Positions 38,180 through 47,196 of a DNA stretch of 64,000 nucleotides are shown one piece after another. The stretch covers positions 1,053,260-1,117,259 of the forward strand of contig CBDCHL010000003.1 of the NCBI GenBank assembly GCA_965217195.1, in the 5' to 3' direction. The stretch is from Bryobacterales bacterium (GTDB lineage: Bacteria; Acidobacteriota; Terriglobia; Bryobacterales; UBA6623). How positions within the stretch are numbered: position 1 is the stretch's first letter; every line of letters starts with the position of its first letter. The notes beneath the pieces were generated by a model. It worked only from the letters and a program-made list of their open reading frames with translations. It had not been told where the DNA came from and ran no database searches. The position numbers and the translations under genes were made by a program.

Positions 38180-39172
38180 CTACCCGTCCGCGGATCGCCG
38201 TCGAATATAGTCGATCGTGTCACGCAGCGTATCTATCGGATCGCGGGTCACAAGTCCCAACTCCTCGCGTGCCTTGGCCGAGTTGCAATACCAGTAACAG
38301 GCCGACATCTTGATCGACTCGTCATCGAGCTTGAACTGCCGCCCGATGAGGGGCATTGTGGCCCGTAGGAGCCTTGCGCTGCCGAGAGCGAGCCACAGAG
38401 GGGGTTCGATCGTCGGGGGCTTCAGGCCCGACGCTTGGGCGGTACGCGCGATCCATTCGCGAAAGGTCCAGTTTGCACCACCAAGCAGGTAGCGCTCGCC
38501 GAACCGCCCGCGCCGCATGGCCTCGATAACGGCAGCGGCTGTGTCGCGGACATCCACCAGATTCAGCCCGCCGGTCGGAATCGCCATGATTTGGCCTTCG
38601 AGAAACAGCGCCACATCGCCGGTCGACGAAAGACGGTCGTCGCCGGGCCCTAGCAGTAGGCTGGGGTTGACGATCACAATTGGGAGCTTTTCGTTTTCTA
38701 CAAACTGTAGGGCTAGTTTTTCGGCGTATATCTTGCTCGTGTAGTACGGCCACGCACCGACCGTGTCGATGGCGTAGCCGGCCGTCTCATCGCGCTCGAC
38801 GGGCGTGCGGCCGACGGCGACGGTTCCCGACGTGGAAACGAAAACGGCCTTCGATACGCTGTGCCGCCGCATGGCCTCGCAGACGTGCCGGGTCCCCTCG
38901 ACATGAGTCTTGTAGAGCAAGCCGGGGTCCTTCGGTTGGCGCTGAACGATCCCCGCGAGATGGTAGATCTCGGCGACGTCCTCGGCGGCGCGGTCAACGT
39001 CATGTTGCGACGTGATATCGCCCGGGACGATTTCAACTGACTCCGGGGGGTCGCCGGGCCAAGCGGAGCGGCAGAGCAACCGCAGGCGGGTTTGCGGCTC
39101 GGCTCGGCTCAGTTGCGCTACAAGATGCTTTCCAAGAAACCCGGTTCCCCCGGTGACCAGAACGGTCTTCAT
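38180..39172 (-). CDS. NAD-dependent epimerase/dehydratase (extended SDR family)
   Basis: MKTVLVTGGTGFLGKHLV Rossmann motif and YTSKIYAEK (YxxxK catalytic motif). ATG overlaps the upstream gene's stop (ATGA, 39169-39172). Confidence 0.85.
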   Translation of the reverse strand: MKTVLVTGGTGFLGKHLVAQLSRAEPQTRLRLLCRSAWPGDPPESVEIVPGDITSQHDVDRAAEDVAEIYHLAGIVQRQPKDPGLLYKTHVEGTRHVCEAMRRHSVSKAVFVSTSGTVAVGRTPVERDETAGYAIDTVGAWPYYTSKIYAEKLALQFVENEKLPIVIVNPSLLLGPGDDRLSSTGDVALFLEGQIMAIPTGGLNLVDVRDTAAAVIEAMRRGRFGERYLLGGANWTFREWIARTAQASGLKPPTIEPPLWLALGSARLLRATMPLIGRQFKLDDESIKMSACYWYCNSAKAREELGLVTRDPIDTLRDTIDYIRRRSADG

Positions 39173-40848
39173 GCCGCTCCGACGGTCTCTCTTTGCCCGC
39201 TAACATCCACCATCCCGATCGGAGGGATGTGCAAATGAGTCACGGTGGGCTCGCGGCCGACGTGCGAATGCGCCATCTCGAGCGCCTCTTGCATCGTCGC
39301 AGCCGTTTCCCAGCCCATCACCTTGGCCGTATTCGGATCTTCGGCGCCGACAACGATGACCTTGCCCACGTGCGCGCGTCCGTTCTCTCCCCAGTACCAC
39401 ATATAGAAAGGATGCACGCCGTGGTAGGCGTGGCCGGTGCGGTACATCTTGATGTAGTCGGGGTTGTGTGCGAACTCTTCTTCGTACTTGCGCTGTAACG
39501 TGTGGGAATCGTTGGTTTCGGGCAGGATGCGGTTGAAGAATTCGATGTAAGACGGATGGTGTCGCGGATCGAATTCGTTATAGAGCGGATGCGTCACAAT
39601 CAACACGCCGTTCTTCTTAACGATCGGCATGCCGCGGTACATGTTGAACAAATACCCAAGCGCCATGACCTGCACCAGCAAGGGATTCAAGATCGAGTTG
39701 ACGTTGTAGGGGCAAATGAAAGGCATGCCGAACACAACAACGTCGGACTGGTCCTCAACCGGGACGCAGTATTGCTGGTAGCAGTAGGCCAGCGTCTTGG
39801 CGTGGGTCCCATGGGTCTCGCCGGCATGCACCGCGATCAGGTCGTACGGGGCGGGGATCGAAAACAGCACCTTCCGCTTCATCGAGCGCGAGAGTTTGCT
39901 CAGCGCGAACTTCGCCGCACCGAAGGCCGTCTTGTCGAGGCCGTTCCAGTGATCTTCGTTCTTAACGAAGAACTGCAGGTTCGGGTCGAACATGGCATTG
40001 TTGACGACCGTCTCGATATGGAGCACCTTGAGGTGTTTGTTGAGGACCTCGCCCATCCGGTCGGCTGAATTCTTGAGGGCCGAGCGCTTGTCGTCGAAGT
40101 AGGAATCACTCTGGAGAATCGTGTCGGGGTTGTGGTGGGCCTGGAGCGAGGGGTAGTCGCACAAGCCGATGGTGGTGGACTTATTGCCGCCGTCCATGGG
40201 GACGAGGTTGATGTTCACATAGATCAACAAGTCGGACTCTGCCGCCCGGCGATTGATGCGGACGCGCTCACCCAACTCGGTTTTACCGAGTTCGACCATG
40301 CCGTCGGGATCTTCGCCGTCGTGGTTATAGAGGCTGTGCGGATAGTAGGCGCTGAAAATGCGGTTGCCCACAGCGTGCCGAATCTCAAAGGGCTCCATTC
40401 GGCGATGAAACGAGGTCGCGATGATGATGTGGACATCGGTGACGCCACGAGCGGCCAGCAAATCGAGCACGATCGTCAGAACCGACTCGCGCAAATCGGG
40501 GCGCTTCATCTTCGGCAGCGGCAGGGAAATATCGTCGATGGCGATGGTGACCTTCATGCCGGGCCGCAGCATGGCGGCGAAGGGCTCCATGCCTGAGCAA
40601 TGCCCCAATGCATAACGGATCGCCCCGGCGCGGTCGGGCAGCCCTGGAATCGTCGGCTTGGGGTAGACCACCCGCGTGCCGGGCGGAAACTTGACCGACA
40701 TCAAGTCTTCGCCGTACCAAAGCATGCGTTCGGAAGAAGTGTGGTCGAGATGGACAACGCAATCGTCGTACGGCACGAGGGCGTTGCGGCCTACGGCGTT
40801 CGGACGTGGGTCGCCGAAGGTGAAATCTTCGACAACTTGGGCGTTCAT
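39169..40848 (-). CDS. LarA-family (DUF2088) protein, nickel-pincer-cofactor-dependent racemase/epimerase-like
   Basis: Landmarks I associate with LarA: IAIDDISLPLP, IIIATSFHRRM (ATGxHR-like) and MDGGNKSTTIG (GG-x-K, the cofactor-tethering lysine context). At about 560 aa it is much longer than lactate racemase. ATG 40846-40848 is preferred; GTG 40854 is possible. Confidence 0.55.
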   Translation of the reverse strand: MNAQVVEDFTFGDPRPNAVGRNALVPYDDCVVHLDHTSSERMLWYGEDLMSVKFPPGTRVVYPKPTIPGLPDRAGAIRYALGHCSGMEPFAAMLRPGMKVTIAIDDISLPLPKMKRPDLRESVLTIVLDLLAARGVTDVHIIIATSFHRRMEPFEIRHAVGNRIFSAYYPHSLYNHDGEDPDGMVELGKTELGERVRINRRAAESDLLIYVNINLVPMDGGNKSTTIGLCDYPSLQAHHNPDTILQSDSYFDDKRSALKNSADRMGEVLNKHLKVLHIETVVNNAMFDPNLQFFVKNEDHWNGLDKTAFGAAKFALSKLSRSMKRKVLFSIPAPYDLIAVHAGETHGTHAKTLAYCYQQYCVPVEDQSDVVVFGMPFICPYNVNSILNPLLVQVMALGYLFNMYRGMPIVKKNGVLIVTHPLYNEFDPRHHPSYIEFFNRILPETNDSHTLQRKYEEEFAHNPDYIKMYRTGHAYHGVHPFYMWYWGENGRAHVGKVIVVGAEDPNTAKVMGWETAATMQEALEMAHSHVGREPTVTHLHIPPIGMVDVSGQRETVGAA

Positions 40849-41051
40849 GTTCACTGGCCGAACCCTCCACCCCCCGCGGGGCGCTTGCGGATTGGTACAG
40901 CCGCGAAGCGGCGGCAGGAAGATCGGCTAGGGTGGAGCCGAAGGCGGAACCCTAGGTGACGTCCCCCCTCTACCCTCAAGCCCTGAAAGGGCGGTAGGAA
41001 CGAGTCCGCCAAACCCACGGGGCGCCGCACGCCGTCGAAGGCCATTCCTAA

Positions 41052-41067
41052 AGCCGCATTGTGAATT
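41052..41067. repeat. TGAAT-N6-ATTCA palindromic motif, copy 3
   Basis: tgaattcgcggattca lies about 200 nt upstream of the LarA-like gene start and 39 nt downstream of the HAD gene stop. It is related to the motifs at 4035 and 4318. Confidence 0.4.
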
Positions 41068-41105
41068 CGCGGATTCATGGGTTCCGACTTCCGCATTCCC
41101 TTCCG

Positions 41106-41786
41106 TTACCAGCCAGTCTTCAAGTCAAAAACCGGCCAGCCCCGCTCTAAGGCGACTTTCCTGAGCGGGGGGTCGGGATTGACGGCCGTGGGCACACCCA
41201 CGGCTTCGAGCATCGGCAAGTCCGAAAGGCTGTCGGAATAGGCTTTCGAGCGCACCGTGTCCACATTATACTCGCGGCAGTAGCGCTCAATCGCCGCCAC
41301 CTTCTCTTGCTCGGCCAACAGAGGCGGGGCGATTTCGCCGGTGGCCGTCCCGTTTTCAAAAACCAAGCGATTGGCAATGACGTCGTCAAAGCCGAAGTAA
41401 TCGACGGCCGGAGCGATAGCGAAATCGAGACCGCCACTGACCAGCACAAGGCGGAATCCTTCGGCGCGGTCGGCTTCGATCAGCGGCTTCGATCCGGGGT
41501 AAATCTTCGGGAGAATGTCGCTCGTGAACATGCGCTGTGACTGTTCGTCGAGCATGTCCCGCCGCATTCCGCGGTATTCCCGGTAGAACACCTGGTTAAA
41601 AAGGCGCCGCGAATAAGCATCGAGCGCCAACCACAACGGGACGGTTACCAGCAGCTTCGAGTAGCGCAGGCAGGCTTGCAATCGGGAAGGATGGTTCTTA
41701 GCGAAAAAAGCGTAGCGCGTAACAACGTTACTCGAAACCAGAGTGCCGTCTAAGTCATAGAAGGCGGCTCGAATCGCTTCCTGCAT
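41106..41786 (-). CDS. HAD-IB superfamily hydrolase (SerB/phosphatase-like)
   Basis: FYDLDGTL (DxD motif I), VSGG (motif II region) and YSDSLSDLPML (motif IV) are in the order typical of HAD subfamily IB. Confidence 0.8.
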   Translation of the reverse strand: MQEAIRAAFYDLDGTLVSSNVVTRYAFFAKNHPSRLQACLRYSKLLVTVPLWLALDAYSRRLFNQVFYREYRGMRRDMLDEQSQRMFTSDILPKIYPGSKPLIEADRAEGFRLVLVSGGLDFAIAPAVDYFGFDDVIANRLVFENGTATGEIAPPLLAEQEKVAAIERYCREYNVDTVRSKAYSDSLSDLPMLEAVGVPTAVNPDPPLRKVALERGWPVFDLKTGW

Positions 41787-41853
41787 TGATCGGAACTGAT
41801 TCTATCATCGCGATGATCAGCGACCGGCACTGGTCCGCAGTGGAGCGACGGAG

Positions 41854-41873
41854 GCGTGGACGGAAGTCCACGC
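41854..41873. repeat. REP-like hairpin, copy 1 (gcgtggac-GGAA-gtccacgc)
   Basis: 8-bp perfect stem with a GGAA loop. The 22-mer ggcgtggacggaagtccacgct (41853-41874) is identical to 55910-55931. It is intergenic, between the HAD and D-aminoacylase genes. Confidence 0.6.
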
Positions 41874-41932
41874 TACAGCTCAACTATCGAGACCTCCTCA
41901 TCCCGTGGCGTGATTCCGGCCAAATCAGCCGG

Positions 41933-43369
41933 TTAATAAGGGGGTTCGGCTTCCGTAACAGGCCCTCGAACCGCCCGGCCGGGCAGCGCTCCATCAACAA
42001 TCTTCGAATCCACCAACACGGCGGTCCCGTTCACCACGACATGACGGATGCCTTCGGGCTGTTGCGCGGGATCTTCGAACGTTCCCTTGTCAATGACCGT
42101 GTCGGGATTGAAAACCACCAAGTCCGCATCGCCCCCAACACGCACCCGCCCCTTGTTCTTCATCGCAGGCACGCGGCGCTCCAGGCGTCGGGCCGGGCGC
42201 AGACTCATCTTGGCGAGGGCGTCCATCAATGTCAGAGCCTTTTCCTCCCGCACGTAGCGACCCAATATGCGGGCGTAGGTCCCAAAGGTGCGAGGGTGCG
42301 CTCGCCCCTTGTCAAGCCACATACCGTCGCTGGCGATCATGGTCAGCGGGCTTGCGATAGCGGTTCGCACCATCTCCATCGAATAGGCGGCTTGGGTGAT
42401 GACCAAGCCCTTCTGCTTTCGGTACCGCGCGAAGGACTCACGGTTGAGATGCTCGCCGGTTTCGACGAAAATGTGTTGCCCGATCTTTTCGTCCGAGTAG
42501 GTTTCCCAATCGTCGAACAAGTGGGACTCGATAAAGGTCGAGCCTCGATTGTAGGGATAGGCCTCGGTAGTGACGTCGACGCCGGCTTGCTGCGCCTTTT
42601 CGATCGTTTCGAGGTAGAGCGGAATCAGGTTCGCGCCGCTGCTGTTGATGTGGACGATATGGAGCGGCGCTCCGGACTTCTTGGAATATTCCAGAACCTC
42701 CTCGACGTTCGAGGCATCGGTCGTCGAGGTCCGAACATGCACGTGGCAGTTGGAGTCGTACTCCGCGGCCAGCTTGAAAATCGCGAGCACTTCGTCGGGC
42801 GTCGCGCCCGGGCTGTAGGCCAACCCGAAACCAACGCCGACGGCTCCGGCGTCGAGAGCGGCGGTGATGTGTTGCTTCAAGGCTTCCAGCTGTTCCGGCG
42901 TAAGCGGCTGTGTCAGAGCTTCGCCCTCGAGCCCCGGGTTCGCCCCCGTCATGACGATGTTCCGGGAATAAGCGAACCCGATCGATGCACCGTAATTGAG
43001 CACCGACCTGCCGTCGCGTTCGGCATAGAAGCCCGGGATATCATCAACGCCGAGCTCGAGCTCGAGTGTGCTCGTAATCCCATCATGGATCTGGGCGCGG
43101 TAGTTTTCGGCGCTATGCCCGTGCCGGTGCATGTCGATGAAGCCCGCGGCGACGACATGCCCACCGGCCTCGAGCACCTCCGTCCCGCTGATCTCTTCTT
43201 CGCTGAGAACGGCGATTTTCCCGTCCTGGATTCCCACATGGCGCACGGCATCCAGACCGGATTCGGGGTCCATGACGCGGCCGTTCGCGATGACGATGTC
43301 GTAGGAGGGCGACGAGGAGCAGGCAAAAAGAAACAACGTCAGGCTGAGGGCAAGAAGGGTGCTCAACAT
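41933..43369 (-). CDS. N-acyl-D-amino-acid deacylase (D-aminoacylase, amidohydrolase superfamily), probable lipoprotein
   Basis: YDIVIANGRVMDPESG...GFIDMHRHG metal-binding motif and D-aminoacylase-like colinearity. ATG 43367-43369 (MLSTLLALSLTLFLFAC, lipobox-like) is preferred over TTG 43405. Confidence 0.85.
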   Translation of the reverse strand: MLSTLLALSLTLFLFACSSSPSYDIVIANGRVMDPESGLDAVRHVGIQDGKIAVLSEEEISGTEVLEAGGHVVAAGFIDMHRHGHSAENYRAQIHDGITSTLELELGVDDIPGFYAERDGRSVLNYGASIGFAYSRNIVMTGANPGLEGEALTQPLTPEQLEALKQHITAALDAGAVGVGFGLAYSPGATPDEVLAIFKLAAEYDSNCHVHVRTSTTDASNVEEVLEYSKKSGAPLHIVHINSSGANLIPLYLETIEKAQQAGVDVTTEAYPYNRGSTFIESHLFDDWETYSDEKIGQHIFVETGEHLNRESFARYRKQKGLVITQAAYSMEMVRTAIASPLTMIASDGMWLDKGRAHPRTFGTYARILGRYVREEKALTLMDALAKMSLRPARRLERRVPAMKNKGRVRVGGDADLVVFNPDTVIDKGTFEDPAQQPEGIRHVVVNGTAVLVDSKIVDGALPGRAVRGPVTEAEPPY

Positions 43370-43447
43370 CGGGACCAGTATGGCAGCGAGTCTTGGGGTG
43401 TACAACTCGTATGATGGGTGCGGCGGTGAAGCAAGGTCCCGGTAGGG

Positions 43448-45241
43448 CTACTCCCACTCAATTGTTGCCGGCGGCTTGTGCGAGAGATCGAGAAAGACGG
43501 CGTCGACGTCGGGCAGCGCCTTAATTTGCTTCGCCAGTTTCAGCATTCGCGTGACGGGCAGTGGTGCTACTTCGGCCGTCATGCCGTCGACCGACGTCAC
43601 AGGGCGCAAGGCAATGGTTTCGCCACCCCTGCGAGTGAACGGCAGCGAAACCACCGGACATTGCCAGACATGTTTGTAGAGCCCCTGGCTGTGTAAGAAC
43701 TTCGTGACGATGCTGTCGGCTTCTTGCAACAGCGCGATGCGCTTCATGGTCACAAAGGCCTGGCGAATCTTCCATTCTGACGGCCGCAGCCTTTTCGGCG
43801 CCAACAAGAAGACAACGCGATTGGTCTTTCGGAACTGATTCGTGATCGAGGTGGCTAACGGGAGCAGCGCCCGATAGTCGAGATCGCCGTTGTGCAGCAC
43901 TGTTAAATTCGCATAGCTGCGGCTGTCGCCCTGGACGCCGACACTGCGCAACGGCAACAGGAACGCCCGGTAGCCTCGTTCGCGGGCAAGGTCGTTGATT
44001 TCGGTGTCGGCTTGCGGTCGAGCGATGCGCGGCGCGCACAAGCAGCGTATCGCCAAACCCGGCCCGGGAAAGGGGTGACGTTGGATTAGTGTCGGCGGCA
44101 GTCCCAAGACCCTCCCCAGCACGCGCACCTCGTCCTTGTAAAACTCCGTCAGCGGTTCGAGAACGCGGTCTTGCGCGATCAGCTCTTGAATGCGCTTGAC
44201 GCGGTTGTGGTGGGTCTTGATGACAGCGGCGTTCTGCGAACCACCGGATTCAATCGTATCGGGGTAGATCGTACCTTGCCCCAGCATCCAATCCTGACCC
44301 GCAAACTCTTTGCGTTTGAGAACGTCGTCTTGTAACTCGACGAAAAGCTGCCCGATCACCTCGCGTTTCTTTTCCGGGTCGGCGATCTTGCGGAGCCCGC
44401 TGAGGAAGCGACCACGGGCTGACAATACTTCAACGGAGCCCAAGCCGAGCTTACGGAGGGTTTCTCGGATTTGAAGCGTCTCCCCTTCCCTCATCAGCCC
44501 GGTATCGACGTAAACACCGTGCACTAAATCCGGCCGCAACGCCCCCACCGTGAGCGCGTATGCGACCGCCGAGTCTACTCCGCCGCTTAGAAAGAACAAC
44601 ACCCGGCGGCCCTTCGTCTTGTGGTAGATCTGTCGCTGTAGTTGCGCAACGCGGTTTTCCGGTCGCCAATCCATGCGGCAGCCGCAGACATCGGTGAGGA
44701 AGTTACTTAGAATTTCCGCCCCGTGAATCGTGTGGATCACTTCCGGATGAAACTGCAGCCCAAAGTACTTGCGCTTAAGGTTGCCCATCGCCGCGACGGT
44801 GCACTGGCGGGTGTCGGCCAGGGTTTCGAAGCCGACAGGTAACTTCGCCACCTGGTCGCCGTGGCTCATCCAAATCCGCTGACGATGCACCAAGCCGGTG
44901 AACAGCGGCGCTTCTCGGCGAACGCGCAAGTCCGCTTGGCCGAATTCGTGAGTCTCCCCGGGTTCGACCACGCCTTCCATGCAGTGCGCCATCAGTTGGT
45001 GCCCGTAACAAATCCCCAGTAAGGGTCGGCGGATCCGAAATAGATCCTTGTCGGGCCGCGGGCTGCCCGCCCCGAAGACGCTCGACGGGCCGCCCGAGAT
45101 GATGATCCCTCGATAGGGCGCCAAGCTCTTCGGAGGGGCGGCAAGGGGCAGAATTTCGGCGTAAACGCCCAGATCGCGGACTTTCCGGGCAATCAGATGA
45201 CAATATTGTCCACCCGAGTCGAGAACCGCGACCTTTTCCAT
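43448..45241 (-). CDS. guaA: GMP synthase (glutamine-hydrolysing), long form
   Basis: GATase (GGQYCHLIARKVR, GICYGHQ), ATP-pyrophosphatase P-loop (SGGVDSAV) and the canonical KPPATIEWE C-terminus. At 597 aa it carries extra sequence in the C-terminal dimerisation region. Confidence 0.9.
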   Translation of the reverse strand: MEKVAVLDSGGQYCHLIARKVRDLGVYAEILPLAAPPKSLAPYRGIIISGGPSSVFGAGSPRPDKDLFRIRRPLLGICYGHQLMAHCMEGVVEPGETHEFGQADLRVRREAPLFTGLVHRQRIWMSHGDQVAKLPVGFETLADTRQCTVAAMGNLKRKYFGLQFHPEVIHTIHGAEILSNFLTDVCGCRMDWRPENRVAQLQRQIYHKTKGRRVLFFLSGGVDSAVAYALTVGALRPDLVHGVYVDTGLMREGETLQIRETLRKLGLGSVEVLSARGRFLSGLRKIADPEKKREVIGQLFVELQDDVLKRKEFAGQDWMLGQGTIYPDTIESGGSQNAAVIKTHHNRVKRIQELIAQDRVLEPLTEFYKDEVRVLGRVLGLPPTLIQRHPFPGPGLAIRCLCAPRIARPQADTEINDLARERGYRAFLLPLRSVGVQGDSRSYANLTVLHNGDLDYRALLPLATSITNQFRKTNRVVFLLAPKRLRPSEWKIRQAFVTMKRIALLQEADSIVTKFLHSQGLYKHVWQCPVVSLPFTRRGGETIALRPVTSVDGMTAEVAPLPVTRMLKLAKQIKALPDVDAVFLDLSHKPPATIEWE

Positions 45242-45581
45242 AACTTCCCGGTTATCAAACGATTAGCCGGATTCTCGTGCGAGCCGACAGGCCTCAACCG
45301 CGATGCCCGCCAAGTGCGGGGCGTTCCCGAGACTGGAAAATCCCGGCCGTTGCCGCGGTTCTGTCTGGGGCTGCGTCCACGCCGCGAACCCGTGCAGAAC
45401 GGGATTCACGTAAGTCTCTTCGAATCAATGAGCTAGTCCGATGTGTCGCGGACTCTCCCGGATCGTTTCACAGCCTTTCGGGTCCCGGCCAATCGGTTCA
45501 ACAAGAAGGAATCGGCTGATGTCGATTGATCTTCTTCAGAATGTGCGCTTTAGCGTAGATCACCTAGTATATCATTAAGTA

Positions 45582-47015
45582 GTGATTTCCTCGGAAGCCC
45601 TCTCGGAACTGCGGCAACTGTTGGGTGAGCGCGGTGTTCTCGACCGCTCCCAAGACCTGTTGCTGTATGAATTCGACGCAAGCATCGAGAAGGGACGGCC
45701 CGAATGCGTGGTCTTCCCGACCTCGACCGACGATGTCGTGGGCATCGTAAAAGTCGCCCAAAAATACAGCTTGGCGTTAGTCGGACGTGGGGCCGGCACG
45801 GGCCTGAGCGGCGGGACGATCCCGACCGAAGGTGGATTGATGATCGCCTTCGCTCGGATGAACAAGATTCTCAAGATCGACCTCGAAAATGAATACGCCG
45901 TCGTTCAGCCCGGAGTAGTCAATCTCGACATCACGACGACGGTTAAGGGAGCCGGCTACTACTACGCGCCGGATCCGTCGAGCCAAAAGGCCTGCACGAT
46001 AGGCGGAAACGTCTCGGAAAACGCAGGCGGTCCGCACACCTTGGCCTACGGCGTGACGACCAACCACGTTCTCGGCATCGAAGCCGTGCTGCCCGACGGC
46101 ACGCTGATCGAAGTCGGCGGCCCGGAGACCGATAGGCCTGGCTACGACCTGCGCGGCTTGCTGACCGGCTCGGAAGGAACGATGGTTCTGGTCACCAAGG
46201 TCATCGTGCGGCTGATGAGATCTCCCGAAGCCGTCAAGACGCTGCTCGCCGTCTATGACGAGCCCGAGGACGCCGCCGCGACGATTGCTTCGTTTACGGC
46301 CCGGGCGATTATCCCGGCCGCGGTTGAAATGCTCGACGGCGTGATGCTCCGCATGGTCGAAGAAGCCACGCACGCCGGCTTCCCGATGGACGCCAACGCG
46401 GTTTTGCTGATCGAGGTCGAGGGCCTCACCGAAGCCGTCGAAGAGCAGGCGGAGCAGATTCAGGAAATCTGCCTCGAGTCGAATGCGCGCGAAGTGAAGA
46501 TCGCGCAATCGGAACAGGAACGCGAGCTGTTGTGGAAAGGCCGCAAGAACGCTTTCGGGGCCGTCGGCCGCGTCAGCCCGACGTACTACGTGCAGGACGG
46601 CGTCGTGCCGCGCACAAGGATTGCCGACACCCTACGGTTCATTTACGAGACATCGGAAAAGTACGACATCCAGATCAGCAACATCTTCCACGCCGGCGAC
46701 GGCAACATGCACCCGATATTGCTGTTTGACGAGCGCGACCCCGATCAGCTCAAGCGTACCAAGCAGGCGGGAGCGGAGATTCTCCAATATTGCATCGAGG
46801 TCGGCGGCGCCATCACCGGCGAACACGGTGTTGGGATGGAAAAGAACGACCTGATGCCGATGCTGTTCAGCGAAGACAGCCTGGGCATGATGGAGCGCCT
46901 AATCAAAGTCTTCAACCCCGACCGGCGACTGAATCCTGGAAAAATTCTTCCCACAGGCAAAGGCTGCCTGGAAATCCGACCGATCCCCAGCCGGCATAAG
47001 GAAGTGGTGTGGTAG
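45582..47015 (+). CDS. FAD-linked oxidase (glycolate oxidase GlcD / D-lactate dehydrogenase family)
   Basis: GTG start. PCMH-type FAD-binding domain (VVFPTSTDDVVGIVKVA, GRGAGTGLSGG) and the C-terminal GGAITGEHGVG motif. Confidence 0.88.
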   Translation: MISSEALSELRQLLGERGVLDRSQDLLLYEFDASIEKGRPECVVFPTSTDDVVGIVKVAQKYSLALVGRGAGTGLSGGTIPTEGGLMIAFARMNKILKIDLENEYAVVQPGVVNLDITTTVKGAGYYYAPDPSSQKACTIGGNVSENAGGPHTLAYGVTTNHVLGIEAVLPDGTLIEVGGPETDRPGYDLRGLLTGSEGTMVLVTKVIVRLMRSPEAVKTLLAVYDEPEDAAATIASFTARAIIPAAVEMLDGVMLRMVEEATHAGFPMDANAVLLIEVEGLTEAVEEQAEQIQEICLESNAREVKIAQSEQERELLWKGRKNAFGAVGRVSPTYYVQDGVVPRTRIADTLRFIYETSEKYDIQISNIFHAGDGNMHPILLFDERDPDQLKRTKQAGAEILQYCIEVGGAITGEHGVGMEKNDLMPMLFSEDSLGMMERLIKVFNPDRRLNPGKILPTGKGCLEIRPIPSRHKEVVW

Positions 47016-47065
47016 CGGGCGGACCCGGAAACACCGGGAGAGGGTCGGAGCCGGCCCCCAACGTG

Positions 47066-47104
47066 GCGCACGCTTCAGCGTGCCGTGTCGCCACTCGTGG
47101 CGAC
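47066..47104. terminator. Tandem hairpins between the convergent glcD-like and iorB-like genes (possible bidirectional terminator)
   Basis: gcacgc-ttca-gcgtgc (47068-47083) is followed by gtcgccac-tc-gtggcgac (47087-47104). There are no clear U-tracts. Confidence 0.3.
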
Positions 47105-47196
47105 ATCTCCGCCCCGAAAATACGCCGCGCAAGCGCAAATACGAGCTAGAGTAAGACGCTCCACGCGGCGTGAGAGCCTCCCGCCCCTTCCTTGGC

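Noticed and set aside
41786-43414. 542-aa ORF on the plus strand
   Set aside because: It is exactly antisense to the D-aminoacylase gene, which has the metal-binding HxH motif and full-length family colinearity. Its product is low-complexity and Arg/Gly/Val-rich.
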